A stretch of DNA of 31,102 nucleotides. Origin: Bacteroidia bacterium (lineage in GTDB: Bacteria > Bacteroidota > Bacteroidia > JABEUT01). The translations under genes and the position numbers were made by a program. Numbering within the stretch: the stretch's first letter is position 1; each line of letters begins with the position of its first letter. Location of the stretch: NCBI GenBank assembly GCA_013044305.1, contig JABEUT010000247.1, positions 1 through 31,102 on the forward strand, written 5' to 3'. Below the pieces are notes generated by a model. It was not told the origin of the DNA and ran no database searches. It was given only the letters and a program-made list of their open reading frames with translations. Positions 1-7,895 of the stretch are shown piece after piece.

Positions 1-177
1 CGCTTTTACATTATTCATTACCTGCAGTGTTTCATTTTTTATGGTATCGTTTATCATTTCACCGCTCACGGCGTTTTTACCTACCTGTCCGGAAACAAAT
101 ACCAATCCCGTGGCGGCTATGGCCTGGCTGTATGGTCCTATAGGTTCAGGTGCATTTTTTGTTACGATTGTCTTCAT
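1..177 (-). CDS. ridA: RidA/YjgF/UK114 family enamine/imine deaminase, 5' part (runs off the left edge; absent from the ORF track)
   Basis: Manual translation from ATG at 177: MKTIVTKNAPEPIGPYSQAIAATGLVFVSGQVGKNAVSGEMINDTIKNETLQVMNNVKA. It contains the RidA signature AP.PIGPYSQA...VFVSGQ. Confidence 0.9.
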   Translation of the reverse strand, partial: MKTIVTKNAPEPIGPYSQAIAATGLVFVSGQVGKNAVSGEMINDTIKNETLQVMNNVKA

Positions 178-228
178 GTTTGCAAAATGTTTTTTTGGGG
201 GATTCTTGTTTGATAATTTTATCGGGTG

Positions 229-236
229 CAAAGTTA
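229..236 (-). promoter_or_regulatory. Bacteroidota sigma70 -7 box (TAACTTTG) upstream of ridA
   Basis: Exact match to the TAnnTTTG consensus, 51 nt upstream of the ridA ATG, in an intergenic region. Confidence 0.6.
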
Positions 237-288
237 AGCTACTTTTATAACCTTGCCGCTCTTCAAAGGATGAATAAATACGGGTTTG

Positions 289-333
289 AATAAATAAATA
301 ACCGCCAGCCCGTTTCCGGCATGCTGGCGGTTA
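289..333 (-). terminator. Intrinsic terminator of the NHL-repeat gene
   Basis: Perfect 11-bp stem (299-309 with 323-333) enclosing a ccg-GAAA-cgg inner hairpin. It is followed on the minus strand by TTTATTTATT and lies 20 nt after the stop at 354. Confidence 0.8.
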
Positions 334-353
334 ATGTTGAAAGGCTAATTATG

Positions 354-1715
354 TTATTCAATAAATACTTTGCTTGTATAGTTGTCACCCGCTTCGGTTT
401 GCACCGATATGATGTAAATACCCTGCTGCCTGCCGCTTAAGTCAATTGAATACAGTGAGGAGTTAAACGTTGCCTGCTGTTTATAAACCTGTTCGCCGAG
501 GGTGTTGTAAACCTGAATGAGGGCCTTGCCAATTATGCACGGGGCAGACAACGTAACTATGCCGCTGCTCGGGTTGGGGAACACTTTCAGGTAACTGCCT
601 GCCGCAGAGGCTTCATCTATTCCTGCCGTTGACATCACCACCCTAATCCTCGATTCGTTAATTCCCGCGATATACAAATTGCCCGAGGGCGCCACAGCAA
701 CCGCTCCCACCAGATCCAGAGCTGCGGCGGTAGGGGTGCCTCCGTCGCCCGAATAACCCGATGACCCGTTTCCGGCAAAGGTGCTGATGATGCCGCTGCT
801 TTTTGCTATCATGCGTACGCGGCTGTTCCAGTTGTCGGCAATGTAAACGTTTCCGGATGCGTCAAGGGCAACTCCTGTAGGGTACCACAGTTCGGCCGCC
901 GTTGCCTGGCCGCCGTCGCCGGCAAAGTTTCCGTTCATGGTATCGCCGGCTATGGTTGAGATGATGCCTGTGGATTGATTCACAAGCCTGATTTCATAAT
1001 TGTTCTGGTCGGCTATATACAGGTTTCCGCTTGCGTCCACTGCTACTCCGAACGGGCAGTTAAGCCGCGCTGCCGTTGCCTGACCGCCGTCGCCGAATCC
1101 GCCGGCAATGTTTGATCCTGCAACTGTGGATATTTTCCCCGATGACGAAGCCACTTCGCGTATCACATGGTTTGCCGAATCGGCAATATACAGGTTCAGC
1201 GAGGCGTCTACTGCTACACCGCTGGGCCCTTTCAGGCTGGCTGCTGTAGCAAGGCCTCCGTCGCCTGCATATCCGCGTGTCGCGCTTCCCGCCACGGTGG
1301 TTATCATGCCTCCTGCCACTGCGCGGATGCGGTTGTTGCCGCAGTCGGCAATATATACTACTCCGTTCTTATCAACGGCTACTCCTGCAGGATAATAAAG
1401 TTTGGCGGCAGTGGCAGCGCCGTTGTCGCCCGAAAACCCGGCTGCACCGGTTCCGGCAATGGTGGTTATAATGCCTGTGGAGAGGGTAATTTTGCGCACC
1501 CTGTTATTTTGCTGGTCGGCAATATAAATGTTGCCCGATGCGTCGGCTGCCACTCCTCTGGGCTGGTCAATTTCGGCTGCCGTAGCCTGACTGCCGTCAC
1601 CGCTGTAGGATGCGGTTCCGTTTCCTGCCGCGGTAAAAATTTTGAATTGCGCCCGCGCCACTGTCAGCTGACAGGTAAGCAGGGCAAGAACGAAATGGAA
1701 CATATTCTTTTTCAT
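354..1715 (-). CDS. Secreted NHL-repeat (six-bladed beta-propeller) protein with a T9SS type-A C-terminal sorting domain
   Basis: Signal peptide ending ARA|Q; six repeats of AG...GDGGxATAAxLxxPxGVAVDxxGNxYIADxxNxRIR; C-terminal VFPNPSSG...GIYIISV...SKVFIE sorting domain. Confidence 0.9.
   Translation of the reverse strand: MKKNMFHFVLALLTCQLTVARAQFKIFTAAGNGTASYSGDGSQATAAEIDQPRGVAADASGNIYIADQQNNRVRKITLSTGIITTIAGTGAAGFSGDNGAATAAKLYYPAGVAVDKNGVVYIADCGNNRIRAVAGGMITTVAGSATRGYAGDGGLATAASLKGPSGVAVDASLNLYIADSANHVIREVASSSGKISTVAGSNIAGGFGDGGQATAARLNCPFGVAVDASGNLYIADQNNYEIRLVNQSTGIISTIAGDTMNGNFAGDGGQATAAELWYPTGVALDASGNVYIADNWNSRVRMIAKSSGIISTFAGNGSSGYSGDGGTPTAAALDLVGAVAVAPSGNLYIAGINESRIRVVMSTAGIDEASAAGSYLKVFPNPSSGIVTLSAPCIIGKALIQVYNTLGEQVYKQQATFNSSLYSIDLSGRQQGIYIISVQTEAGDNYTSKVFIE
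636..1628 (-). repeat. Six tandem NHL repeats of about 56-58 codons each
   Basis: The repeat units are visible in the translation and as recurring ccgtcgcc / ggcaatataaat-like DNA motifs. Confidence 0.85.
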
Positions 1716-1757
1716 GATTTTAATGCTTTAAAGGTTGTTAAAACAAATTTGACAAAG

Positions 1758-1765
1758 CAAAGATA
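1758..1765 (-). promoter_or_regulatory. -7 box (TATCTTTG) for the NHL-repeat gene
   Basis: Exact TAnnTTTG match 42 nt upstream of the ATG at 1715. Confidence 0.65.
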
Positions 1766-1809
1766 TAAATATAATGATAAGACGGGCACTATTGAACCAA
1801 ATTCCTAAT

Positions 1810-2907
1810 CTACAGGCTGTACATCTTTCCCGGGTGCGACACCAGTATTCCCGAAAATTCAAGCGAAAGGAGGTGTGCCGAAATGTTGCCCGGTGTAATG
1901 TTCAGTTTCAAGGCCAGGTCGTCAATATACATAGGCACTCCGCTTGCTTTAAGCGTTTCAACTATAGCAGCCTCTTCCGGCGGCAGGTTCTGAAAAAGTT
2001 CGGTTTGCCTGTTGTGTTTGTTTTTTTCTTCTTTCCAGCCCAAGTGGTTAATTACGTCTTCGGCAGATTGTACGAGGGCAGCCTTGTTGCGTTGTATCAG
2101 GTTGTTGCACCCGCGGGAGTATATATCGTCTGCTTTGCCCGGGCACGCTATCACTTCGCGGCTGTAAGAAAAAGCGATATCGGCTGTTATAAGGGCCCCG
2201 CCTTTTTCTTTCGATTCGATTACAAGCGTGGCATCCGACAGGCCGGCTATGATGCGGTTGCGCTTGGGGAAATTTTCGCGGTTGGGTGGTGTATTGCTCA
2301 AAAATTCGGTTACTATTCCGCCGCTTTGCAGCATCCTGTTTGCCACGTTGGTATGTTCGGCAGGATAGATGATATCTTGTCCGTGTGCAACCACCGCTAT
2401 AGTATTCAACCCGGCATCCAAAGCGCTCCGGTGTGCACAAATATCTATTCCGAAAGCAAGTCCGCTGACGATGAGCGCCCCGGTTTCTTTTAATCCCTCA
2501 ACAATTTCGGCGGTCATTCTTTTGCCGTATGCAGTGGCATGGCGCGTTCCCACTATGGCAATCACGCGGTCGGCTGAAAGCGGCGAGCTGCCTCTGTAAT
2601 AAATCATAAGAGGTCCGTCGTCGCACTGCTTCAACCTGATGGGGTAATCCTTGTCGGTGTAAAAAATAGGCTTTATGCCTTCCTTTTCAATTATTTTAAT
2701 TTCCTCAAGTGCACGGTCCAACACTTGTTGTCTGGTAATAGCATCGGCTGTTATTTCGCCTATACCCGGTATCATCAGCAGGTTTTCTTTCGTTTCCTTA
2801 AAAACCGCTTCACTGCTGCCGCAGTAGGCAATAAGGTTCTTGGCGGTAATGTCGCCTACAAACGGAATCAACGTAAGCCCGATATTATATTGCAGTTCAT
2901 TATCCAT
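1810..2907 (-). CDS. dprA: DNA-processing (DNA-protecting) protein DprA
   Basis: Motifs YPIRLKQCDDGP, IAIVGTRHATAYG, IVSGLAFGIDICAH, FPKRNRIIAGLS, ES..KGGALITA and a C-terminal winged helix (LLSLEFSG). The start is placed at MDNELQY (2907) rather than the ORF-track start at 2946. Confidence 0.95.
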   Translation of the reverse strand: MDNELQYNIGLTLIPFVGDITAKNLIAYCGSSEAVFKETKENLLMIPGIGEITADAITRQQVLDRALEEIKIIEKEGIKPIFYTDKDYPIRLKQCDDGPLMIYYRGSSPLSADRVIAIVGTRHATAYGKRMTAEIVEGLKETGALIVSGLAFGIDICAHRSALDAGLNTIAVVAHGQDIIYPAEHTNVANRMLQSGGIVTEFLSNTPPNRENFPKRNRIIAGLSDATLVIESKEKGGALITADIAFSYSREVIACPGKADDIYSRGCNNLIQRNKAALVQSAEDVINHLGWKEEKNKHNRQTELFQNLPPEEAAIVETLKASGVPMYIDDLALKLNITPGNISAHLLSLEFSGILVSHPGKMYSL

Positions 2908-2913
2908 TGACGG

Positions 2914-2921
2914 CAAAAGTA
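2914..2921 (-). promoter_or_regulatory. -7 box (TACTTTTG) immediately upstream of dprA
   Basis: Exact TAnnTTTG match ending 6 nt before the ATG at 2907. Confidence 0.5.
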
Positions 2922-2953
2922 AAAAATTGAGTGCAGCAGGAAACAAAATACCT

Positions 2954-2961
2954 TACCTTTG
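2954..2961 (+). promoter_or_regulatory. -7 box (TACCTTTG) for the DUF6913-like gene, divergent from dprA
   Basis: Exact TAnnTTTG match 61 nt upstream of the ATG at 3023. Confidence 0.6.
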
Positions 2962-3022
2962 AAATAATTAAGCCGGGGCTCCTGCTTACCCTCCTTGTAA
3001 ATGTTTAATCAGTATATCAGAG

Positions 3023-3604
3023 ATGCCATTTTTAAATAACATACGCTGCCGCATAGGAAAATATTATCTCGGAAAGGAACTGGGGCGCCTAAGCCATACC
3101 CCTGCCATGGTCAGCCTAACGCAGGCAAAAAAAGTTGGTATAGTTTTTAATTCGGATAGCATGGAGAACACGGAACTGGTGAAAAAGTATTTCGACTACC
3201 TTTCCGCACTCGGCAAAAAGGTAAGCGTGCTTGGTTATATAGCAGCCAAAAAACCCGACGAATGCCTTGACTGGTGGCCCGGCCAAACCTATATCACCCG
3301 TAAGGACCTTAACTGGTATTATAAACCGGATAAAAATATAATTGATAACTTTGTAAGAGGTGCTTACGACCTGCTTCTTGATTTGAATGTATCGGAAGAA
3401 ATACCACTGCTGTACGTAACTGCTTTTACTATGGCCGGATGCAGGGTCGGTAAATACAACCAACACTTACTGAACCTGTATGATGTGATGATTGAAACGG
3501 ACCAGAGAAAAACACTGAAATATTTTTTAAGGAATGTCGATAAGTATATGGAGAGCATAGATAAGGGGCAGAAACTGAACGAACCCGAACCTCAACACGC
3601 TTAG
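3023..3604 (+). CDS. Conserved Bacteroidota protein, DUF6913-like
   Basis: 193 aa ORF with an upstream promoter. The pattern KKVGIVF...YDLLLDL...PLLY...A.CRVG...YDVMI resembles this family from recall only. Confidence 0.6.
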   Translation: MPFLNNIRCRIGKYYLGKELGRLSHTPAMVSLTQAKKVGIVFNSDSMENTELVKKYFDYLSALGKKVSVLGYIAAKKPDECLDWWPGQTYITRKDLNWYYKPDKNIIDNFVRGAYDLLLDLNVSEEIPLLYVTAFTMAGCRVGKYNQHLLNLYDVMIETDQRKTLKYFLRNVDKYMESIDKGQKLNEPEPQHA

Positions 3605-3644
3605 AATAAATAGAGTAAATTCAACTCAACATCTTGAACCGATT

Positions 3645-4793
3645 ATGGACAAAAGCATGAACCTGCCGCCGCACTTGCAGAAAAAAGTGGACGAAGCTGC
3701 AAAGGAAGCAGAGGAAAGAATGGAAATAGAATACGATTTGCGCAACAACCCGTTGTATAAGAACTTCTTTTCGCGCTACAACCCTGCCGACGTGGAAGAA
3801 TTCATTAAGGACTATGCAAGCAGAAAGGTGAGCTGGATGAGCTGGGGGCGGAATTTTTACCAGCAAAAAGAAGATCAGCAGCTTCGCAATCTCTTTCTGG
3901 CCGAAAACTGCCTGTGGCAGATACAACAAAAAAAACTTTTCAATCTGCAATGCCAGTGGAGGGCAGAGAAGATAAAGCTGCGCGGCATAAGCTCCACCGC
4001 CGATTTCAGGTACTGGGAATACCATATTAAACGCTGTTCCTTTCTGCCGCCCATTACCCAGTGGGAGTTTGAACTATTTATGGATTTTATGCTAAGCGGG
4101 GAAAACGAAATAGACCCCTGGGAAAACGATGGGATGTTCGAGTGGCAGGATTACGGCAAGTTCGTAAAGGAGGCAAAACTTTCCGACAACAGAAATGATT
4201 TAGTGCTCCCACTTTGGTACGCTTATTTCGACAACAGGATGGGCACCGGTTCGCTGATGTTGTTGCCGGACCTGCGCGGCGAAAAAGAAGAGAAGTACAT
4301 CAGGCTCTATAATGAAAACAGGAACAAGACGGCCGGCGAAAAAGAGGCATCCGGATCTAACCCCTTGAAGCGCGACGACTATCTTTCGGCATGGGAACCA
4401 AAGCAGGTGGAGGAGTTCATAAGTTTGTTCGAAGATAAACTCATCCTGAAGTACTACCATTTTTATCATGATAAAAGCAACAAACCTATGGATGCGGCCG
4501 ATGAACTGGCACAGGAAGCCTTCGACGAGTTGCGCGAGGTGGACGAGCCTGTTTCCATACGTGCCGGAAGCGACTGGCGCGAGTCACTCATTGATGCCTG
4601 GGAAGAATATAGGAATAAGCAAATTGTAAAACTGCTGCCTCTTGTATATGATGAATACCTGCATAAGCAAAACCTCGGAATTTCGTACCAGAAAGAGGAA
4701 AATCCGGCGCTGGCGGCACAAGTGCGCGAGTGGAAAGCCATCATTATTAAAGGAAGGGAAATAGCAGGCGAAGCTTCGGATATGGATTTCTGA
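3645..4793 (+). CDS. Hypothetical protein (382 aa, acidic, Trp/Tyr-rich, predicted cytoplasmic)
   Basis: Long ORF 40 nt after the upstream gene with protein-like composition. No motif, signal peptide or TM segment was recognised. Confidence 0.75.
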   Translation: MDKSMNLPPHLQKKVDEAAKEAEERMEIEYDLRNNPLYKNFFSRYNPADVEEFIKDYASRKVSWMSWGRNFYQQKEDQQLRNLFLAENCLWQIQQKKLFNLQCQWRAEKIKLRGISSTADFRYWEYHIKRCSFLPPITQWEFELFMDFMLSGENEIDPWENDGMFEWQDYGKFVKEAKLSDNRNDLVLPLWYAYFDNRMGTGSLMLLPDLRGEKEEKYIRLYNENRNKTAGEKEASGSNPLKRDDYLSAWEPKQVEEFISLFEDKLILKYYHFYHDKSNKPMDAADELAQEAFDELREVDEPVSIRAGSDWRESLIDAWEEYRNKQIVKLLPLVYDEYLHKQNLGISYQKEENPALAAQVREWKAIIIKGREIAGEASDMDF

Positions 4794-4903
4794 ACAATGT
4801 TGCAATTAAGGTATCCGGTCTTCAATGAAAAAGAGCAAGGTTCGAATAGATATTACACAAAACATGCGGGTGCTTAGGCCCGGCCGCATCCCAATATTAT
4901 GAT

Positions 4904-6796
4904 ATGTGCGGAATAGCAGGATTTTCAGGTAAGGGAGACGAAAGCGATTTGCGGCGCATGATTGGTACCATAGCTTACCGCGGTCCCGATTATCAGGGTG
5001 TGAGCCATAGGGGAGATGCCGGATTGGCACATGCAAGGCTCAAAATCATTGACCTTAGCCTGGAAGCCAACCAACCTTTCTTTTCAGGCGACGGCTCGGC
5101 GGCAATAGTATTCAATGGTGAAATATATAACTACCACGAACTGAAACAGGGCCTGCTGAAAACAGGCAAATACAATTTCCGCACCTCCTGCGATACCGAA
5201 GTGCTGCTCTGCCTCTATCTGGAGTATGGCACAGCCATGTTCAGCATGCTTAGCGGCATGTTTGCTTTCGGCATATACGATTTCAGGAGCAAAAGCCTTT
5301 TGCTGGCAAAAGATCCTGCCGGTAAAAAGCCACTATACTATTCCCTTGCCGGCGGCACCCTCGTTTTTGCTTCAGAACTGAAAGCGGTCATCGCCCATCC
5401 TTCCGTTTCGAAGGAATTGAATCCGGACGCACTGAATGAATATCTCACATACGATTACGTTCCAACCCCGTCCACCATCTTCAAAAACATTTACAAACTC
5501 GAGGCCTCGCATTATTTAATATTCAGGGATGGAAAGATAATGGAGTATAAACCGTACTGGAAGCTGAACTATGGGCGGCCGCATTCAGTTGACGGACTGT
5601 CGCCCGACACCGCCGCCGAAAAGCTGGGTGGGCTGCTCGATGCCGCAGTAAGGCGCCGCCTGATGAGCGATGTTCCGCTCGGTGTATTTTTAAGCGGAGG
5701 CATAGACAGCAGCGCAGTTGCATGGTATGCGCAGAAAAACTCGGCCTCACCGGTAAAAACATTTTCAATAGGTTTCAGCGAAAAGAGCTACGACGAAAGC
5801 GATATTGCGCGCCTTGTCGCCAGCCATATAGGCACGGAGCACCATCAGGAAATCCTGTCGGCGCAGCATTCCCTCGAACTCATACCAGAAATAATTCCGA
5901 AACTCGACGAGCCTTTTGCCGATCCATCCATTATACCTACCTATTTCCTTTCCAAGATAACCCGCACCCATGTTACGGTTGCCCTAGGCGGCGACGGCAG
6001 CGACGAACTGCTGGCAGGCTACCCCACCTTTATTTCGAACAGGTTCCTCAACCTCTTCAGCGCGGTTCCCAAGCCCCTGATGCGTCTGCTCGGCCACTGC
6101 GGGAACATGCTTCCGGCAAGCGATAAAAATATAAGTTTCGATTTCAAGGTAAGGCAGTTTCTCAAAGGCTTTGAATCGGACAAAAACGATGTTCACACCC
6201 TTTGGCTCGGAAGCTTTACCCCAGCCATGAAGCAGCAGCTGTTCACCTCCGGGGCGCTTGCCCGGATCACCAATGACAACGGTCTACAGCGCATAGCCGA
6301 ATATTTGAAAGAAGCAGGAGACGCAGGCAGTTTCGAAAAGATACTGTATGTGTACTTCCGAACCTATTTGCAGGACGACATACTGGTAAAGGTAGACCGC
6401 TCGGGCATGTACAATTCATTGGAAATAAGGGCACCGTTCCTTGACCGTACGGTGGTGGAGTTTATCAATTCGCTGCCCGCCAGTTACAAGATACGGGGCT
6501 TTACTGTTAAATACCTGCTGAAAAAACTGATGCGCGACAAACTTCCCGCACAGGTAACGGAACGTGCCAAAAAGGGATTCGGCATACCGGTTTCGCTTTG
6601 GCTGCGTAACGAACTGAAAGGTACCATGGAGCAATACCTGTCAGAAGATAAAATAAAGAAGCAGGGCTTATTTAACTATTTTTACATTGAAAATTTAAAA
6701 AAAGAACATCTTTCGGGGAAACGAAACCACCGTAAGCTGCTTTGGAACCTGATGATTTTTGAAATGTGGTGCGAAAATTATTTAAAAGGGTCTTGA
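4904..6796 (+). CDS. asnB: Asparagine synthase-like glutamine-hydrolysing amidotransferase (glycan-associated AsnB type)
   Basis: N-terminal MCGIAG nucleophile, HRGPD-like YRGPD, HARLKIID, FNGEIYNY, LSGGIDSS, DEPFADPS, LGGDGSDELLAGY, KVDRSGMYNSLEIRAPFLD and RAKKGFGIP. Confidence 0.92.
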   Translation: MCGIAGFSGKGDESDLRRMIGTIAYRGPDYQGVSHRGDAGLAHARLKIIDLSLEANQPFFSGDGSAAIVFNGEIYNYHELKQGLLKTGKYNFRTSCDTEVLLCLYLEYGTAMFSMLSGMFAFGIYDFRSKSLLLAKDPAGKKPLYYSLAGGTLVFASELKAVIAHPSVSKELNPDALNEYLTYDYVPTPSTIFKNIYKLEASHYLIFRDGKIMEYKPYWKLNYGRPHSVDGLSPDTAAEKLGGLLDAAVRRRLMSDVPLGVFLSGGIDSSAVAWYAQKNSASPVKTFSIGFSEKSYDESDIARLVASHIGTEHHQEILSAQHSLELIPEIIPKLDEPFADPSIIPTYFLSKITRTHVTVALGGDGSDELLAGYPTFISNRFLNLFSAVPKPLMRLLGHCGNMLPASDKNISFDFKVRQFLKGFESDKNDVHTLWLGSFTPAMKQQLFTSGALARITNDNGLQRIAEYLKEAGDAGSFEKILYVYFRTYLQDDILVKVDRSGMYNSLEIRAPFLDRTVVEFINSLPASYKIRGFTVKYLLKKLMRDKLPAQVTERAKKGFGIPVSLWLRNELKGTMEQYLSEDKIKKQGLFNYFYIENLKKEHLSGKRNHRKLLWNLMIFEMWCENYLKGS

Positions 6797-6841
6797 GATG
6801 ATAACCGAAGGGCAGCATACCCAATCCATAAGCAGTCAAAG

Positions 6842-7792
6842 ATGAAAATACTGATTACAGGCTGTGCAGGCTTCATCGGAAGTCATGTAACGGAACTTTT
6901 CCTTAAAAAAGGCTTTACCATAATTGGTATAGACAACTTCGACCCCTTCTATTCCAAAGAACAGAAGCTGCAAAACCTGAACCATGCAAAGGAATACAAA
7001 AATTTCAGCTTTTATGATCTGGATATAAGCGATCGCGGATTCGCTTCGGCGTTACCCGGCGGTATTGAATTCGTCATCCACCTTGCCGCAAAAGCGGGAG
7101 TGCGCCCATCCATCGACGCCCCTTTTGATTATGTGGACACAAACATAAACGGCACCCTGAACATGTTGGATTATATGAGGAAAAACGGAGTAGGGAAGAT
7201 GATATTCGGTTCGTCAAGCAGTGTTTACGGCAACAACAAAAAAGTGCCTTTCTCGGAGTCCGATGTTACCGATGACCCAATTTCGCCCTATGCCTTCACC
7301 AAAAAATCCTGCGAGTTGCTCAACCATACCTATCACAAGTTATACGCAATTAGCATACTTAATCTTCGCTTTTTTACGGTTTACGGCCCGCGGCAGCGCC
7401 CCGACCTCGCCATCCGCAAATTTACCGAACACATGCTGGGCGGCAAAGCCATACACCTTTTCGGCAACGGTCAAACAGCCCGCGATTACACCTTTATCAG
7501 CGATATATGTAACGGAATTTTCAATGCCTTCAATTATATGAATGCGCAGGGCATTCTTTTTGATACGCTGAACATAGGCAACCATAGCCCCGTTAAGCTT
7601 ATTGATATGGTAAATGCCATTGCGGAAGCCCTCGACAAAAAGCCCCAGCTTATATTCGACCCGATGCAGCCCGGAGACGTGGACATTACTTATGCGGATA
7701 TAAGCAAGGCGCAAAAGCTGATAGATTACCACCCGCGCGTACCCCTTAATGAAGGGATAGCAAGCTTCGTGGACTGGTACACGGGATTGTAA
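6842..7792 (+). CDS. NAD-dependent NDP-sugar epimerase (UDP-glucuronate 4-epimerase-like extended SDR)
   Basis: GCAGFIG Rossmann motif, HLAAKAGVRPS, SSSSVYG, the YxxxK motif (YAFTK), RFFTVYGPRQRPDLA and QPGDVDITYAD. Confidence 0.88.
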   Translation: MKILITGCAGFIGSHVTELFLKKGFTIIGIDNFDPFYSKEQKLQNLNHAKEYKNFSFYDLDISDRGFASALPGGIEFVIHLAAKAGVRPSIDAPFDYVDTNINGTLNMLDYMRKNGVGKMIFGSSSSVYGNNKKVPFSESDVTDDPISPYAFTKKSCELLNHTYHKLYAISILNLRFFTVYGPRQRPDLAIRKFTEHMLGGKAIHLFGNGQTARDYTFISDICNGIFNAFNYMNAQGILFDTLNIGNHSPVKLIDMVNAIAEALDKKPQLIFDPMQPGDVDITYADISKAQKLIDYHPRVPLNEGIASFVDWYTGL

Positions 7793-7858
7793 TTTTTTTT
7801 CTGCTGATTAAAGGCCTGCGCCTGTTTACCGAATTGTACCTCAATAGCCGGATATTTT

Positions 7859-7866
7859 TAGATTTG
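7859..7866 (+). promoter_or_regulatory. -7 box (TAGATTTG) for the OPT operon
   Basis: Exact TAnnTTTG match 29 nt upstream of the ATG at 7896, with a TTG element about 22 nt further upstream. Confidence 0.55.
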
Positions 7867-7895
7867 CAATAAATTAGCAATTATCCAACAAAATT

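Noticed and set aside
41-250. Plus-strand 69 aa ORF
   Set aside because: It is the antisense shadow of the partial ridA gene.
1108-2599. Plus-strand ORFs 1108-1395, 1167-1808, 1774-2493, 2369-2599 and the many similar short ORFs elsewhere in the track
   Set aside because: They are antisense or alternate-frame shadows of well-supported genes, with no motifs and non-protein-like composition.
4864-4889. atgcgg...ccgcat inverted repeat upstream of asnB
   Set aside because: The stem is short with a large loop, has no U tract and does not resemble a known riboswitch.
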